63,593 bases of DNA, filler included, from Octopus bimaculoides (GCF_001194135.2; 4 parts of 4 records of this genome joined end to end with filler, not necessarily neighbours in it), one strand, 5' to 3'. Positions 40,331 to 53,691 are shown, counted from the whole stretch's first letter. Notes: generated by a model not told the origin, from the letters alone. Translations and numbers: made by a program.

Positions 40331-41055
40331 TATATATATATATATATATATAAATATATCCAGCCCGACCAATATATTGCCTATGGCCAAAATACATTTA
40401 GAGAGATCGCATATCCCTGCGCTTAACGCTGGAGTTTAGGTACTAATTTGACCTGACGACTCAGTCTATGAACCTGTTATCTTGTATCATCTGACATCTT
40501 ATATTTATAAATTGACTCACGGCTGATTACAGTAGTTATTATAGGCTCATTATTGATTGGTTTACTCAATGTTTCCATTGATCGGTTGAGTAAAACTGGA
40601 CGACCTAAAAATGAAAGCTCTTTCGTGAGAGTCATTTCTCGTTATAGCAAAGCAAAACGCTGAAGAACATTCCCCTGGAGAACATTCTTTTCTTTTGTGG
40701 TTTGGTCGTTGATGGTCGATTTCTAGCGTTAAAGGATGTTCACTTAGTGGTCATCACTTCTCATATATATATATATATATATTGCATCTCAAGTACACAA
40801 AATGTGTTCAGGGTCACTCAGTGACCTGCTGTTGAGACTAGTACAGTTAGAAATTTGATAATGTTTTGCAAACTGTTGCCATATTTTGCCAAAGTGCAAT
40901 GGTAATGTGATATTCTCCATTGCCAAGTTGAAATATAAGTTATATGTGTGCATAAAATATAAGATTTTAGAAGTATCTTTTGGTTCACGGCCATACATAT
41001 CTTATGTATGCATGTATGTATGTATGTATGTATGTATGTATGTACGTATGTATAT

Positions 41056-41088
<33 letters not shown>

Positions 41089-41096
41089 TATATATA

Positions 41097-41196
41097 NNNN
41101 NNNNNNNNNNNNNNNNNNNNNNNNNNNNNNNNNNNNNNNNTTAATTAATTAANNNNNNNNNNNNNNNNNNNNNNNNNNNNNNNNNNNNNNNNNNNN
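41097..41196. other. Artificial 100-bp scaffold spacer
   Basis: N44-TTAATTAATTAA-N44. Confidence 0.95.
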
Positions 41197-41640
41197 AGCA
41201 AAATGTGGAATCTGAAGACGAAAACAATACCTATTGTCATAGGTGCCCTGGGAATGACAGCGAAACGGGCTGATTACTACCTAGCTCAGATACCAGGAAA
41301 CCCCAAAATGGCTGAAGTCCAAAAGATAGTGCTCATGGGAACTGCCCATATCCTACGTAAAATACTGTCTATGTGATCTCAAATTTTAAAGCAAACATAA
41401 CTTTCTTATGGTGTCTTAAACATTCACTTGAACAAAACTGTACAAATCCAAATATATGGTACCCTAGGCATAACACCTACATGAACTTCTAACTTGTTGT
41501 CTCTTGAGGTCTCTGGGTGAGACTTGGATCCAACTTGTACAAATGCAAAACAAAAGTCAAACATAAAATAATAATAATAATAATATTAATAATAATAATA
41601 ATTATAATAATGATGATAATAATAATAATAATGATAATAA
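41197..41640 (+). mobile_element. 3' end of a young R4/Dong-like LINE: intact RLE C-terminus, 3' UTR and (AAT)n tail
   Basis: Uninterrupted SKMWNLKTKTIPIVIGALGMTAKRADYYLAQIPGNPKMAEVQKIVLMGTAHILRKILSM* (stop 41374-76), then UTR and (AAT)n from ~41569. Confidence 0.92.
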
Positions 41641-43129
41641 TCGTCTCTTTAGATCAGAAGTGATTTCTTGAAACGCGCTTAGTTATGCATTAAATGTTTA
41701 TAAATTCCACCCAAGGATTATTGTTATTATTATTATATATACACACATACATACATACATATGCATGCACATACATAGACATGGAGAGAGAATCAGATAG
41801 ACATGTGGATAGAAGAGTGTATTCAGATAGTTACAAACATAAATATGCACACACTAATAGTTCCATATCGACTAATAATTTGCCAAATGCCGTTCATATA
41901 TTATCTGTGAGGTGATCTGTTACGATTCATAGCCAAACCAATTCATTCTATACTATGCGTTTTACAGATTCTTACGAAAAATATTAATGTTATCATATTT
42001 TATTTCATATTCTGCTCAATACGAGAATATTCATTGGGTCAGGAATGTCGTTCATGGAGAGATAATATTGATTTTTCGAAATACATGAGTAAAAGACAAA
42101 AAAAAATGTTTTTTTCATAATAGTATACAACAGAAAATATTTAATAAGGTTAAATCTCGTCTTCGACACACTGCTGGGTTTCTGCATATCTACTGTTACT
42201 GTGGATTTCAGCAAAAGAGAGCAGAATTGCATTTTGGCTAGAAAATTGGTATATCTCAGGTAACTTACCGTATAGGTGATAATAAAATCAATACAAAATA
42301 GCATCGCTTATATATCGATTTTACACCGAAAAGCTAATAAAGCAATGAAAATCATCATTATATGTTACAGACTTAATTTTGAACTCAACATTGGAGTTCC
42401 TGCGAATAACTTGTCGACAGTTTTATTGCGTGTCACTTTATTGTTAATAAGGATGAAATATTTGAGAGATTTCCTTTTTAACCTAATTCTGTTACCAGAA
42501 TTTGGACCCCAAATTCATCACAAAATTCACAGATTTCGGCTTTACACTATCGTCTTGTCTATGATTTAGCTTGCTCTTGAAATACACGCATTAAAATATA
42601 TACATGGAGTCGGACATATTAAGAATATCTTCGTGACTGATAGGCTATTGCAGCATTCCAGAGTATTTATATCGGCGAAATGTGTATTAGTACTATGCTA
42701 AGCGTAAGCCGTCCCCAGAAAACCCTGTATACATTCAACTATCAATATGTGGAATTCGAAGCATTTCTGTGATGTTCGGGTTCGCAAGATGTTGCGGTTT
42801 CGCATCCAACTCCACGTGGTATATTTCTGAAGCAAAACAATTCATTTCGCGTTACTCCAGTCTACCCAGCTGAAAATGTGTGCTACAAACAGTTGACTGT
42901 TAATCCTGCAACAAATTGTCTCATTAGTAGGGGTCGCTTATAAGCAATTGTAACCGAACAAAAATCCCTTCTCATAAGACTGTAACATATCGTGATAGCC
43001 CTAATAAGAAGACTGAAATAATTATGACCTGCTGTCCTTTTTACTCCTAAAAGTTTTCAGACACTTGTTCGATAATGTTTACTCAGTCATTGCTCACACT
43101 CTACAACGTAGTTTTCCAACACCCATTTT

Positions 43130-44715
43130 GTGTTGATTGTACTATTTGTCAGTGGTTTTGATTTTATAATGCCGACACATTATCCAGTGTAGATATTGGC
43201 CAACTCTCTCATATATTGATTTGTACTCAACAGGTGCTAATATCTTACACCCAGAGATTAGGTGGTGGACTGTTTCTATTTCATCGTTGCAGTATCTGCT
43301 CGTTGGGTCTACACCATTTTCCTCACATAGCTTGATAGTTCTGGGTCAATAAGCCCTGATCTTGGGCAGCCAATATAAAGCTTTCACCCTCTGCCTTAGC
43401 TCTGGGATCCGTAGACACTAATTAGTGTGATTGAGGTTTACATCAGCTTGTTTGATATAGGCCACATCTTCGCCATGCAGATGTTTTTGTTCCCACCTAT
43501 CAGCCATTTTGCTTTGTTATTGATTTCACTTCTTTGCAAATAAGGTTGCTTCACTTCCCTATGCTGTTCAACCTGGGTATTATGCATAAGCTCATTTTAA
43601 AGTGTTTTGCTCTCCTTCATAACAGAATGTAGCTTCTTATGTCTTTCATGCCTTTCAAAGAGCTTTAGCATCTAGTCGTTAGATGGTTCATGATATTTTG
43701 CCTGTCCAATTGAGGTGGGTTTCTAGGCGATTTTAAATTGGATCAAACCTCGATCTCCTTGAGCTCTAGGTATGCAAAGACGGTCGGCGTCTGCCTTTGG
43801 GTGGCTCATCGTATATGAAGTGAGCAGCTTACGGATTTTCCTGTCAGTCTTACTTATTTCGTTGATATTGCAGTTCAACACATTGAAATTGTAATTAACG
43901 ACCGGATCTGCTAAGGAATTTATAGCTAATACCTTGTTACGTCTATTCAACTCGGATTTTAGGACTACTCGAACTCTCTTGTAACACTCCTTCCTAATCT
44001 CTTTCATACTTCCATGCTGAATGCCAAAGCCCTCATTTACTTCGAGGTATTTATAAGTTTGTTCCTGCTCGAGTTATTTTACGACTGCGTCAACATCTAA
44101 CTTCACTGAAAGTGCAAAGTGGCCTTGATACATTTATGAATTCCAAATTCCATCCCAATGTCATCACTGAATGTTTTCACAGTACGCAGTAGTCCTTCAA
44201 GCTCATTTATCGTCTTTGCAATATAGTTTTAAATCATCTACATAAAATAGATTACTTATTTTCTTGTCATCAATTTTATATCCATAACCTGTTCTCTTAA
44301 GTTCACTTGTAAGAGGTATTAGGGCTAAGAAGAGATTTAAAGGTGAAAGGAAGTCACTTTGGAAAATGCGGCTGTTGATAGTAAATTTTTTTTGTGGTCA
44401 CTATTCCATTAGAGTGGTATCGTTGGAGATTCGAAGTTTGAAGTCACAGGAGAAATTTTGAAGATGTCCAGCGATTTCAAGATCCATGAATGCAGTAAGC
44501 TATCGAAAGCTTTTTACAACCAAACCATGCAGAACTGAGATTTCTGTGATTATTATAATTATTATGACAGTTCTCATGCAATTGATTAAGAGTTGGTCTT
44601 TGCATTCATATGAGCCTCCCTTTCTGTTTAGTGCGTCGGCTCCCTTTTTGTTTAGTGTGGAAAATATCGTTCTGTTCCATAAATTTGCATGTTTTCTCTT
44701 CGAGGATAGACGTTA
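43130..44715 (-). mobile_element. Degenerate R4/Dong-like LINE (RT to zinc knuckle)
   Basis: Minus strand: CKDQLLIN, KAFDSLLHSWILKSLDIFKISP, IFQSDFLSPL, FYVDDLKLY (YxDD), TFSDDIGMEFG, KSELNRRNKVLAINSLA, HPKADADRLCIPRAQGDRGL, FILAAQDQ and LHWIMCRHY. Confidence 0.92.
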
Positions 44716-44839
44716 AAATTTTATACGTGGTAGATAGACATGTTATGGGCCGATAGTTTTGGGGGAGATTTGGTTTCATTATTCTTCGAGAGTAGGTAAG
44801 TAATAGCTCTTGCTAACCAATCAGATGTTTTCGTAGGAA

Positions 44840-44847
44840 AGTATTAC

Positions 44848-44890
<43 letters not shown>

Positions 44891-44891
44891 G

Positions 44892-44945
<54 letters not shown>
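44840..44945. repeat. (ATT)n-(AGT)n microsatellite
   Basis: Direct. Confidence 0.95.
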
Positions 44946-45627
44946 TATGACTGTATGTAATAGGCAATTTAAAGAGGCAATCAGCCAAGCATTCTACTGC
45001 TGTACATCCGGTTAATGCTTTAAAGCTAGATCTCCACGTTCTGTTATTTAACCGGCAGGTAACCGGCTGTGAATTGCCAGTTAAATGAATTCAGTTTGTG
45101 GGCGTACGCTATATAAACATAGAAATTTATATATCTGTGCCTCTGTGTGTGTATGTGCGTGTATTTGTGCTGCGCGTGTGTGTTTGTGTGTACGTGTGTG
45201 TGTGTTTGGTTGCGAAAGTGGTTCGTGTCTGTGTGTACCAGGGTTTGTTTATGTATGGTGTGTATGTATGCATATATATGATTGTGTCTGCAATTTTATT
45301 TATCAATTAGTATATTTAGATACATGCACCTATATAGACACCAATACATAAGCATATATGTATGTATTTATATAGAGAAATTGAAGCATACATATATAGA
45401 TACTTACAGATACATACAAATTTACTAACATACATCTGCATACATTCTTATAATTATTGTTCGATACAGGCAGATACACACAGGCAGATACACACAGGCA
45501 TAAATGCATGCACACAATATGTGTGTATGTGTGCGTGCGTGTGTGTGTGTGTGTGTGTGTGTATAGGTATACACGTATATATATACACATACATATATAC
45601 ATAAATGCTTATATACATACGGGTATG

Positions 45628-45658
<31 letters not shown>

Positions 45659-46535
45659 ACATGTATGTACGTATGTACGTAAGTATGCATGCGAATATAT
45701 ATGTTAGCGTTTGTGCATCAATATCTCTATGTTATGGGTAGTGAGAATATACAACACATTTTTTATTGAACAATACACAGTGTTTCGTCATGGTATGTTG
45801 CACTCTAAAGTTTAAAGTTAGACAGCATTGTTGCAGATAGCAAGTTTTATAGTTTAACTAATATTGTTGTAAAGAATATTTTCGAGAGTCGTGTGTTATT
45901 TGGGAAATAAATCTTACTTTGAAAATTGGCGTATATTCAAAATGTCAGTAGAATTATTAGGGGCGATTCCTTGTTTTGTCTTCTTGTTTGATTAACATTT
46001 CCAAACCATTCGTATCGAGAGAAATGCAGTTTCTAACACATCACATTTAACTCTCTAGTGTAGAAATCAATAAATTATTTATCAGACTGGCGCTATATGT
46101 TTTATGTGTATTTTATTGTATATGTGTGTGTATATGTTTGTGTGCCTGTGATGTATGGTTGTTTAAACATATAAAATACTTTAGTTGAACGATTTTCCTT
46201 TAGAGATTGCAAAGATATTGAAAATGAAGTTTTTCTTTATCTTTGAAATTATTTTGATGACGTGAACAATATTGCTGATAACAACACATATAAATTCTGC
46301 TCTGTTGAAGTCCTACTCTATGCCTGTAGACGGAAACTAACAACTATTTCTGTAATTAGCTTTATTTAATATATAATCTTTACATTTATTCCCATTCTTG
46401 TAGTATTCTTTGATATTAGTCCTCACCTCTTGTTTCTGTATATTGCTTTCAATTAGAAGTTATATTCCAAGCACAAAATATTTCACACAATATGTAGGTA
46501 TTATTTTATTTTCTTTGAATTGTCCTTTTCCTTCC

Positions 46536-46762
46536 TGTTGTTGTTGTTGTTGTTGTTGTTGTTAATCTTCTTCTTCTTCTTCTTCTTCTTCTTCTTCTTC
46601 TTCTTCTTCTTCTTCTTTTTCTTCTTCTTCTTCTTCTTCTTCTTCTTCTTCTTTTTCTTCTTCTTCTTTTTCTTCTTCTTCTTCTTCTTCTTCTTCTTCT
46701 TCTTCTTCTTCTTCTTCTTCTTCTTCTTCTTCGTCTTCTTCTTCTTCTTCTTCTTCTTTTTT
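46536..46762. repeat. (TTG)n-(TTC)n microsatellite
   Basis: Direct; source of the poly-F ORF. Confidence 0.95.
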
Positions 46763-48382
46763 CGTTGTAGTCTTCAGAAATCTAACATTGTTCCTATGGT
46801 GTAAATGACTTTTGCAAGCCCTTTTGCAAAACCTCTTAACTTTTCGATTCGATTGGGAAACTGACAGACGCGCGAAATGTATCCTTTGTAATCGAAAGAC
46901 ACAGGTCTAAGGTTTACAAATGAAAACTGACCCTAGTCGTAACTGTGGAAACTAGGATAAGGCGTTTATATGTGCGATGGCAGTCTAAGTGACTCCTTGA
47001 CCTTCGACAGCTGTTATGATTTGACGGGTTAGAAAAGACAGTGGCAGGTGCAATGCATCTCTCCTTTCTCTGTTATTCAAAATATATATATAAATATATA
47101 CACACACAGACACACTCACACGTACGCACACACACACACACTCACACGTACGCATACACACACACACACACACTCACACGTACGCACACACACACATGCG
47201 TGCACACGTACACACATATATGTGTAGGTGTATATGTAAATATTCACAAACAGATATAACATATATGCGTATCTTATTAAAGTAAAGTTGTTCCCGATAT
47301 GCTGTTACTTAATACACGCACGGACACACACACACTTACACGCACATACATACACAATCCTCTCTTTCTCCCTCTCCTCATATATGTATATGCATATTCT
47401 TTTACATACACGCACATACATATATTGTATACATGTGTCTGAGTATGTGTATGATGAATCTATTATTGAGGAAAGTACTCAAATGTGCATATTTTCATCT
47501 GTAAAAAGAAATACATTCCCATTGTATATGCGCTGCAATTAAAAATAATACATTGTTGCGTAACATCTTGATATTTGTTAATTAAAACAATGAGAGTGAG
47601 AACATTCAACAGATCTACAGTCCCTGAGAGTTAGGGTGCCACGCTCGACAGTGTTATTTGAGAGAGATATAGCAGATGATTGTTGAATATTTCGAAGCGT
47701 GTTACGTGTGTGTTTCACTTTACAACATGATTGGTGAGAATATCAGGACCTTTTACTACTAGCTTCAAATGAGACAGAAAGAAAAAGGCTAGTTGCCTTT
47801 GTTAAACCTATTTCTATCGCTTATTCGTAGGCAGTAGTTTTATAATTGAAGTTGTATTTATATTGTATTTAGACGCCGCTTAAGATGTCCGTGTCTTCGC
47901 AGGTTACTTTAAACATGATGCGAGATGTCTATTGACTCTGTATCATTGAAAATCTCTCTTTTCGGTTAATTAAGGTGTAGTTTAGGCAGTGAAATCACAT
48001 TTTAAGATAATAGCGTGTGGATTAAGGATGGGTTTTTCATTATTCATAAAGAGTTAGTTATAACTGTATTTTTCTCATTCCTTTAGCTTCAATCCAATGT
48101 GGACAATAAATTATGTATTACTGATCCCTTCTTCAGAGGATTTAGAAACAAGTTCTAGCTTGAAATATTTAGAAAAAATAGAGAAAACATCTGCTTACCA
48201 TTTTATATTAATAACCCTTGTGTATACTAATATTATAGGTGACGCTTTTTTTTAAAGTCTTCCATGCATAAGTATTGTTTTCCGTGACTTTTGATCTTCT
48301 AATTTCGCAGCTCGACGTCCAAGGCTATTGTATTAGTTCAAATGTATAAGCGTGTGTATTAGCAGTACTGTACAAGACATGA

Positions 48383-48750
48383 TAGTGGAGACGCAATGGC
48401 CCAGTGGTTAGGGCAGCGGACTCGCGATCATAGGATCACGGTTTCGATTCCCAGACCGGGCGTTGTGAGTGTTTATTGAGCAAACACACCTAAAGCTCCA
48501 CGAGGCACCAGCAGGGGATGGTGGCAAACCCTGCTGTACTCTTTCACCACAACTTTCTCTCACTCTTTTTTCCTGTTTCTGTTGTACCTGTATTTCAAAG
48601 GGCTAGCCTTGTCACAGTGTGTCACACTGAATATCTCCGAGAACTACGTGTCTGTAGATTGCTCAGTCACTTGCACGTTAGCAGACTGTTCCGTTGATCG
48701 AATCGACTGGAACCCTTGACGTCGTAAGCGACGGAGTGTCAACAACAACA
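48383..48750 (+). mobile_element. Full-length tRNA-derived SINE (family C) with 11-bp target-site duplication
   Basis: A box TGGCCCAGTGG, B box GGTTTCGATTCCC and (CAA)n tail; TSD ACAAGACATGA at 48372-48382 and 48751-48761. Confidence 0.92.
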
Positions 48751-49554
48751 ACAAGACATGACCATTAGTGTCCGACAGCGGCCTTATTTTATTACTTTTC
48801 ATTACAGAAATAAATATACATATAAGTTCTGATATTCATTCATAGTCAAACAAACAAATGTGAACCTTCTTTTTGAAAACACAGGTACCATCAAGCTAAA
48901 TCTGTAGGAAAATCAAATCTGCAAAATCATTTGAAATCCAACTCATTTTAATTTGGCGCAGTTGTGTATCATTAGGAATTGCTTTGTTTAAATTTAAGTT
49001 TAGGTATTTGAACAACTGCATGTATCTAATTTCATATCTCAGTGAACAAAATAATGTTACATCGGAAGCATTTAATTCTTGGATTCAGGGCTGGATAAAT
49101 ATTCAGTTCAATAATGACACAATAACCACTTGTCCCTTTTCAAAAAAGCAAAGCAATAATGTGTGTTTACTGACAGTCTATTTGAAAGATATTGATGAAA
49201 CTACTTAAGAATGTTTGCCATGTTACACCTAACTATGTAATAAATATTGTGATGGTAAGCACAAATATTATGATACATTTTTCATGCAAAGGAAGTTACC
49301 TAATAACATTGATCGAAAAATAAGCAATGTTTCTTTAAAAGTGGCTACATTCAATCTTCACAGAAATAATAATAGTCTCCAATTGAGAATGAATAATGGA
49401 AATTTTGAGGAGAGGGGATTAGAACTTGATTGGTGCACTATTGATCGATCACAGTGGGATGAAAAACAAAGTAGACATTTAAACTTTATACGTATTACAG
49501 GAAGAACTACTGCAAAGCATTATCTCCAAACTAACGATAATCTTAATAGAATTC

Positions 49555-49566
49555 TACTACTACTAT

Positions 49567-49657
<91 letters not shown>

Positions 49658-49683
49658 ACTACTACTACTACTACTACTACTAC

Positions 49684-49717
<34 letters not shown>

Positions 49718-49745
49718 CATAATAATAATAATAATAATAATAATC

Positions 49746-49776
<31 letters not shown>

Positions 49777-49805
49777 TAATGATAATAATAATAATAATAA
49801 TAATG

Positions 49806-49876
<71 letters not shown>
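49555..49876. repeat. Compound (CTA)n/(CTG)n/(ATA)n microsatellite
   Basis: Direct; produces the spurious 224-aa poly-L/I ORF. Confidence 0.95.
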
Positions 49877-50703
49877 CAATGGTAATAAACTTCTTAAGGC
49901 CTCCTATCATACCATGTATTTTTCCACAAATAAATCCATACTATGGAAACCTACCTAACTAAAGTCTACGATGCAAAGAAAAGGACTTCTTTTCGATGTA
50001 GAGTTGATTGAAATTATGGAGCTCAAAAATGACTTCAATATGTATTTGTGTAGCATTACAATAGAAATAATTTTGGGTATAAAACTTTGACAAACTGGGT
50101 AAAATTATGTAATATTACGTAAATAATTAAAGTTGACAATTTTGATCAAATTCAAATGCGCGAATACAAATTAATCGAATGAATTGTAAGTTTTAAAATA
50201 ACAATATTTAAATAGAACGAAATCAAATTAGACATATTCGTCATTTACATATCTTATCATTCCAACAATTTTGTTTACTGATTAATTAATTACAGACGAA
50301 ATATTATTAGTTATTAATTTATTAAGAGTCAAAAGTATGTCCCTAACATTACCTATCATGTGAATTTATATAAATGTTTTCGCTACTAGTAGTGATATTT
50401 GGGAAACGTGAAATACAGCCAATAAGATGCAAGGAGAGCCTTTTATATGGCATGAAGTAACAGCAACACTGTGGTTTGTTTTCATTGGTAATACTTCAGT
50501 CAATAACATAAATATTGCAACCTGGCGAGTAAAAATTCATAAATGTAACGAGGGAATCTATTTGATGGATATTACACATTCGCGATATAAGGTTTTAAAA
50601 ATAACCAAGAAATAAATTTAATCCCCGAATAGGTTTTAAATATTTTACATTTCATTATATATTGTAGAAATTTGAAATATATCGCCATATGGATTTCATG
50701 TGA

Positions 50704-50741
<38 letters not shown>

Positions 50742-50933
50742 NNNNNNNNNNNNNNNNNNNNNNNNNNNNNNNNNNNNNNNNNNNNNNNNNNNNNNNNNNN
50801 NNNNNNNNNNNNNNNNNNNNNNNNNNNNNNNNNNNNNNNNNNNNNNNNNNNNNNNNNNNGTTTTTTTTGGTCAATCTATCGTATCTCCAGCAAAGATATC
50901 AAAAATTGTTAAAGTGTTGTACAACAGTTTTGA

Positions 50934-50976
<43 letters not shown>

Positions 50977-51032
50977 AATAATAATTATATTATTATGATT
51001 ATTATTATTATTATCGTTATTGTTATTATCAT

Positions 51033-51245
51033 CGAGCTGGCTGAATATTTAGCACGCCGAGAAATACTTAGTGCATTTCGTCTGCTACTACGTTTTGAGC
51101 TCAAATTCCGCTGACGTCGACTTTGCTTTTCACACTTTCTGAGTCGATAAATTAAGCACCATTGAAGTACTGAAGACGATATGATCGATTCACCCTTTCC
51201 CCCAACTTTTCAGGCCTACTGCCTATAGTAGAAAGGATTATTATT
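51033..51245 (+). mobile_element. SINE family B with an alternative 3' end, adjacent to an (ATT)n tract
   Basis: CGAGCTGGCTGAAT...GAGCTCAAATTCCGCTGACGTCGACTTTGC...GAGTCGATAAATTAAG; ends GCCTATAGTAGAAAGGATTATTATT. Confidence 0.85.
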
Positions 51246-52253
51246 CTTTTCTCTTTATCACAGGTCTTGTTGAAGTTCCTGGAGTTTTGCATGCGTAGCG
51301 GGTTTACTTGCTGGAGTTTAGCTTTGAGTCTCAAAGCTAACAAACCTGGCTTGAATATAATGACACCAGTCGATTCACATAAAGCGAAAAGAGTAGTGAA
51401 AAGGCAGGACATGCCCTCGTCCGTGAGAGGATCCCTTACAACCACTGGAACATACATCAACTAAATAACGAATCAAAGCGAGGTTATTTTTACTTCTTAG
51501 AAAAATAGTCAGAGATTATGATAAAAATAGCATCGAACAAGATCTGGAAAAGACGTACATGAAAGAATTTGAAATTGTGAAGACACGCCAGATCAACAAG
51601 TTTATGAAACTCAAAGGTCAGAGAATGAAGACTGAAATCTGTCACTCACCTGTGAAAGCAGTAATTAATGTAAGTAGCAGACACCTAGAAAGCTCTGAAG
51701 AAGTAGTACTGCAAAATTACGAAGAGGAGAGAGGATGAGGCCAATACACTGTCCACAGTCTGTCTACCGTATGTGAAAGGCCTCTCCGAAAATATACAAA
51801 AGATATGCGCCCCTTATGACGTCCGGACTTCGCAAATATCTCCTCCGAGTAAAACCATAAATAGAAGCGAATATAACCAAAGACTGCGTGTACTACATCC
51901 CATGCAGCTGTGGTAGGCTATATAAAGGCGAAACATGCCACACCTCAAAGTTAGGGGAGACGAACATCGCAAAGCTGTGACACGAGGAGATATTGATAAA
52001 TCGGGTATAGCTGATCATGTATGTAAAAATGGAGACCACCTCCCACTGTGTGATGAAGTTAAAATAATAGACAGAGAACACCACTGGAAATTACGAAAAC
52101 TAAAAGAAGCAGCACATATACTAGGACACAACAACCTCCTAAGCAAAGCTAGTGCAGATATGAGCAGCATATGGGAACCGGTATTAAGGAAGGATAGAAA
52201 AATATTTGATTTATAAGCCCTAAATTTCACTCCATAATTGCCCACGGACATAT

Positions 52254-52320
52254 GGCGTAGTGGTTAAGAGTGCGGGCTACTAACCCCAAGACTCCACGTT
52301 CGATTCCAAGCAGTGACCTG
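52254..52320 (+). promoter_or_regulatory. tRNA-derived Pol III promoter within the PLE terminal repeat
   Basis: A box TGGCGTAGTGG (matches TRGCNNAGYGG), GGG-CTACTAA-CCC hairpin and B box GTTCGATTCC. Confidence 0.78.
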
Positions 52321-52393
52321 AACAATGATAATAATAACGATGATGATGATAACAACAACATCGAATGAGAACCAAGGTTCGAAATTTCCCCAA

Positions 52394-52439
52394 GACACCT
52401 GAAGATGGCTGGAGGGTATATCAGCTGAAACGTTGTGTT
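52394..52439 (+). ncRNA. Minimal type I hammerhead (family 2)
   Basis: GACAC-CTGAAGA-T-GGCTG(loop)CAGCT-GAAA-CGTT-GTGTT. Confidence 0.7.
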
Positions 52440-52516
52440 AACAACAAACAAGATGATGACAAATATCCGTCGAATGTAAATACTGTACATAATTCCTCAT
52501 CTCTTAAATATAGAAC

Positions 52517-53310
52517 TGCATTATTATTATTATTATTATTATTTATTTATTTATTTTCCTTGCAGAACTTCTAACGCTAGATATATACTACGGTGTCACC
52601 TCTTCACTACCAGTGAACTAATGGAACACACCTTAATTTTCGAGCACCATCCGAACTATTCGAGCGGTTACAAACAGTGCTGCTTTCTGCAAGTGCTCCA
52701 CTTTATTGCAGCTCCTATTTCTTCCATATACTTCTCAATGTTTTTTCAGTCACTGTTCGCAGGGCGCCTACAATTCTTGGTACTTCTACCAAATTTTTCA
52801 GCGTCCACAACTGCTCCCAAGCTAACCTGTCATATCTATCTATTTTTCTTTGTTCCTTATCGCATACCTTGTATCGCATTCAGCATCGTTTTCTTTCTTT
52901 CTGAATTAAGACTATGTCTGGCTTCCTATTCTCTAACTAAAGGTCGCACTGAATCATAAAATCTCATAGGGTCTTCGCATTATCATTTTCGATGATGACT
53001 TCGTTTTTATGTTCGTACCACTGTTTTACTCTGTCAAGTTCATATTTGTTGCAAAGTGACCAATGGATAATACTTACTACATTGTCATGATGTCTCTTAT
53101 ATTCTTTCTGGGACAGTGGCGTACATTGACTCTTAATATACTATATGGTTTCATCATTTTGTCCACAAATTCTGTACTTATCACTTTCTGATGTCTTGTG
53201 TATTCTGCTTTTGCAGTAATTGGTTCTTAATAATTGCTCTTGGGAAGCAAAGATGAGAGCCTTCGTTTCCGGTTGAATTCACTTTTAGTCATCCAGTTCT
53301 CTGCCTGCCT
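52517..53310 (-). mobile_element. 3' part of a degenerate R4/Dong-like LINE (zinc knuckle plus RLE) with (AAT)n tail
   Basis: Minus strand: ETKALIFASQEQ, KYRICGQNDETI, HHDNVVSIIHWSLC, WYEH, RKPDIVLI and VPRIVGAL; tail AAATAAATAATAATAAT near 52520-52545. Confidence 0.9.
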
Positions 53311-53319
53311 CATCTTATT

Positions 53320-53463
53320 ACTATTATTATTGTTGCTGTAGCTGTTGTTGTTGTTGTTGTTGTGTTGTTACTACTACTACTACTACTACTATTGCTGCTG
53401 CTGCTGCTGCTGTTGTTGTTCCTGCTGCTGCTGTTGCTGCTACTGCTGTTGCTGTTGCTTCTG

Positions 53464-53549
<86 letters not shown>

Positions 53550-53591
53550 TATTATTATAATTATAATGATAATAATAATAATAATAATAAT
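53320..53591. repeat. Compound (TTA)/(TTG)/(CTA)/(CTG)/(ATA)n microsatellite
   Basis: Direct. Confidence 0.95.
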
Positions 53592-53691
53592 NNNNNNNNN
53601 NNNNNNNNNNNNNNNNNNNNNNNNNNNNNNNNNNNTTAATTAATTAANNNNNNNNNNNNNNNNNNNNNNNNNNNNNNNNNNNNNNNNNNNN
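53592..53691. other. Artificial 100-bp scaffold spacer
   Basis: N44-TTAATTAATTAA-N44. Confidence 0.95.

Larger units (their letters stand above)
51255..52516 (+). mobile_element. Penelope-like element, RT deleted, with GIY-YIG endonuclease remnant and tRNA-plus-hammerhead terminal repeat
   Basis: N-terminal region (LKFLEFC..TPVDSHKAKRVVKR; AVINVSSRHLESSEEVVLQ) is fused to linker (VCLPYVKGLSENIQKICAPYDVR) and GIY-YIG (CVYYIPCSCGRLYKGET..EHRKAV..KSGIADH..WKLRKLKEAAHI); coding end 52216; pLTR 52254-52516. Confidence 0.92.

Noticed and set aside
49284-49958. 224-aa ORF with a long hydrophobic stretch
   Set aside because: The hydrophobic part is the (CTA)n/(ATA)n array and the N-terminus has no recognisable domain.
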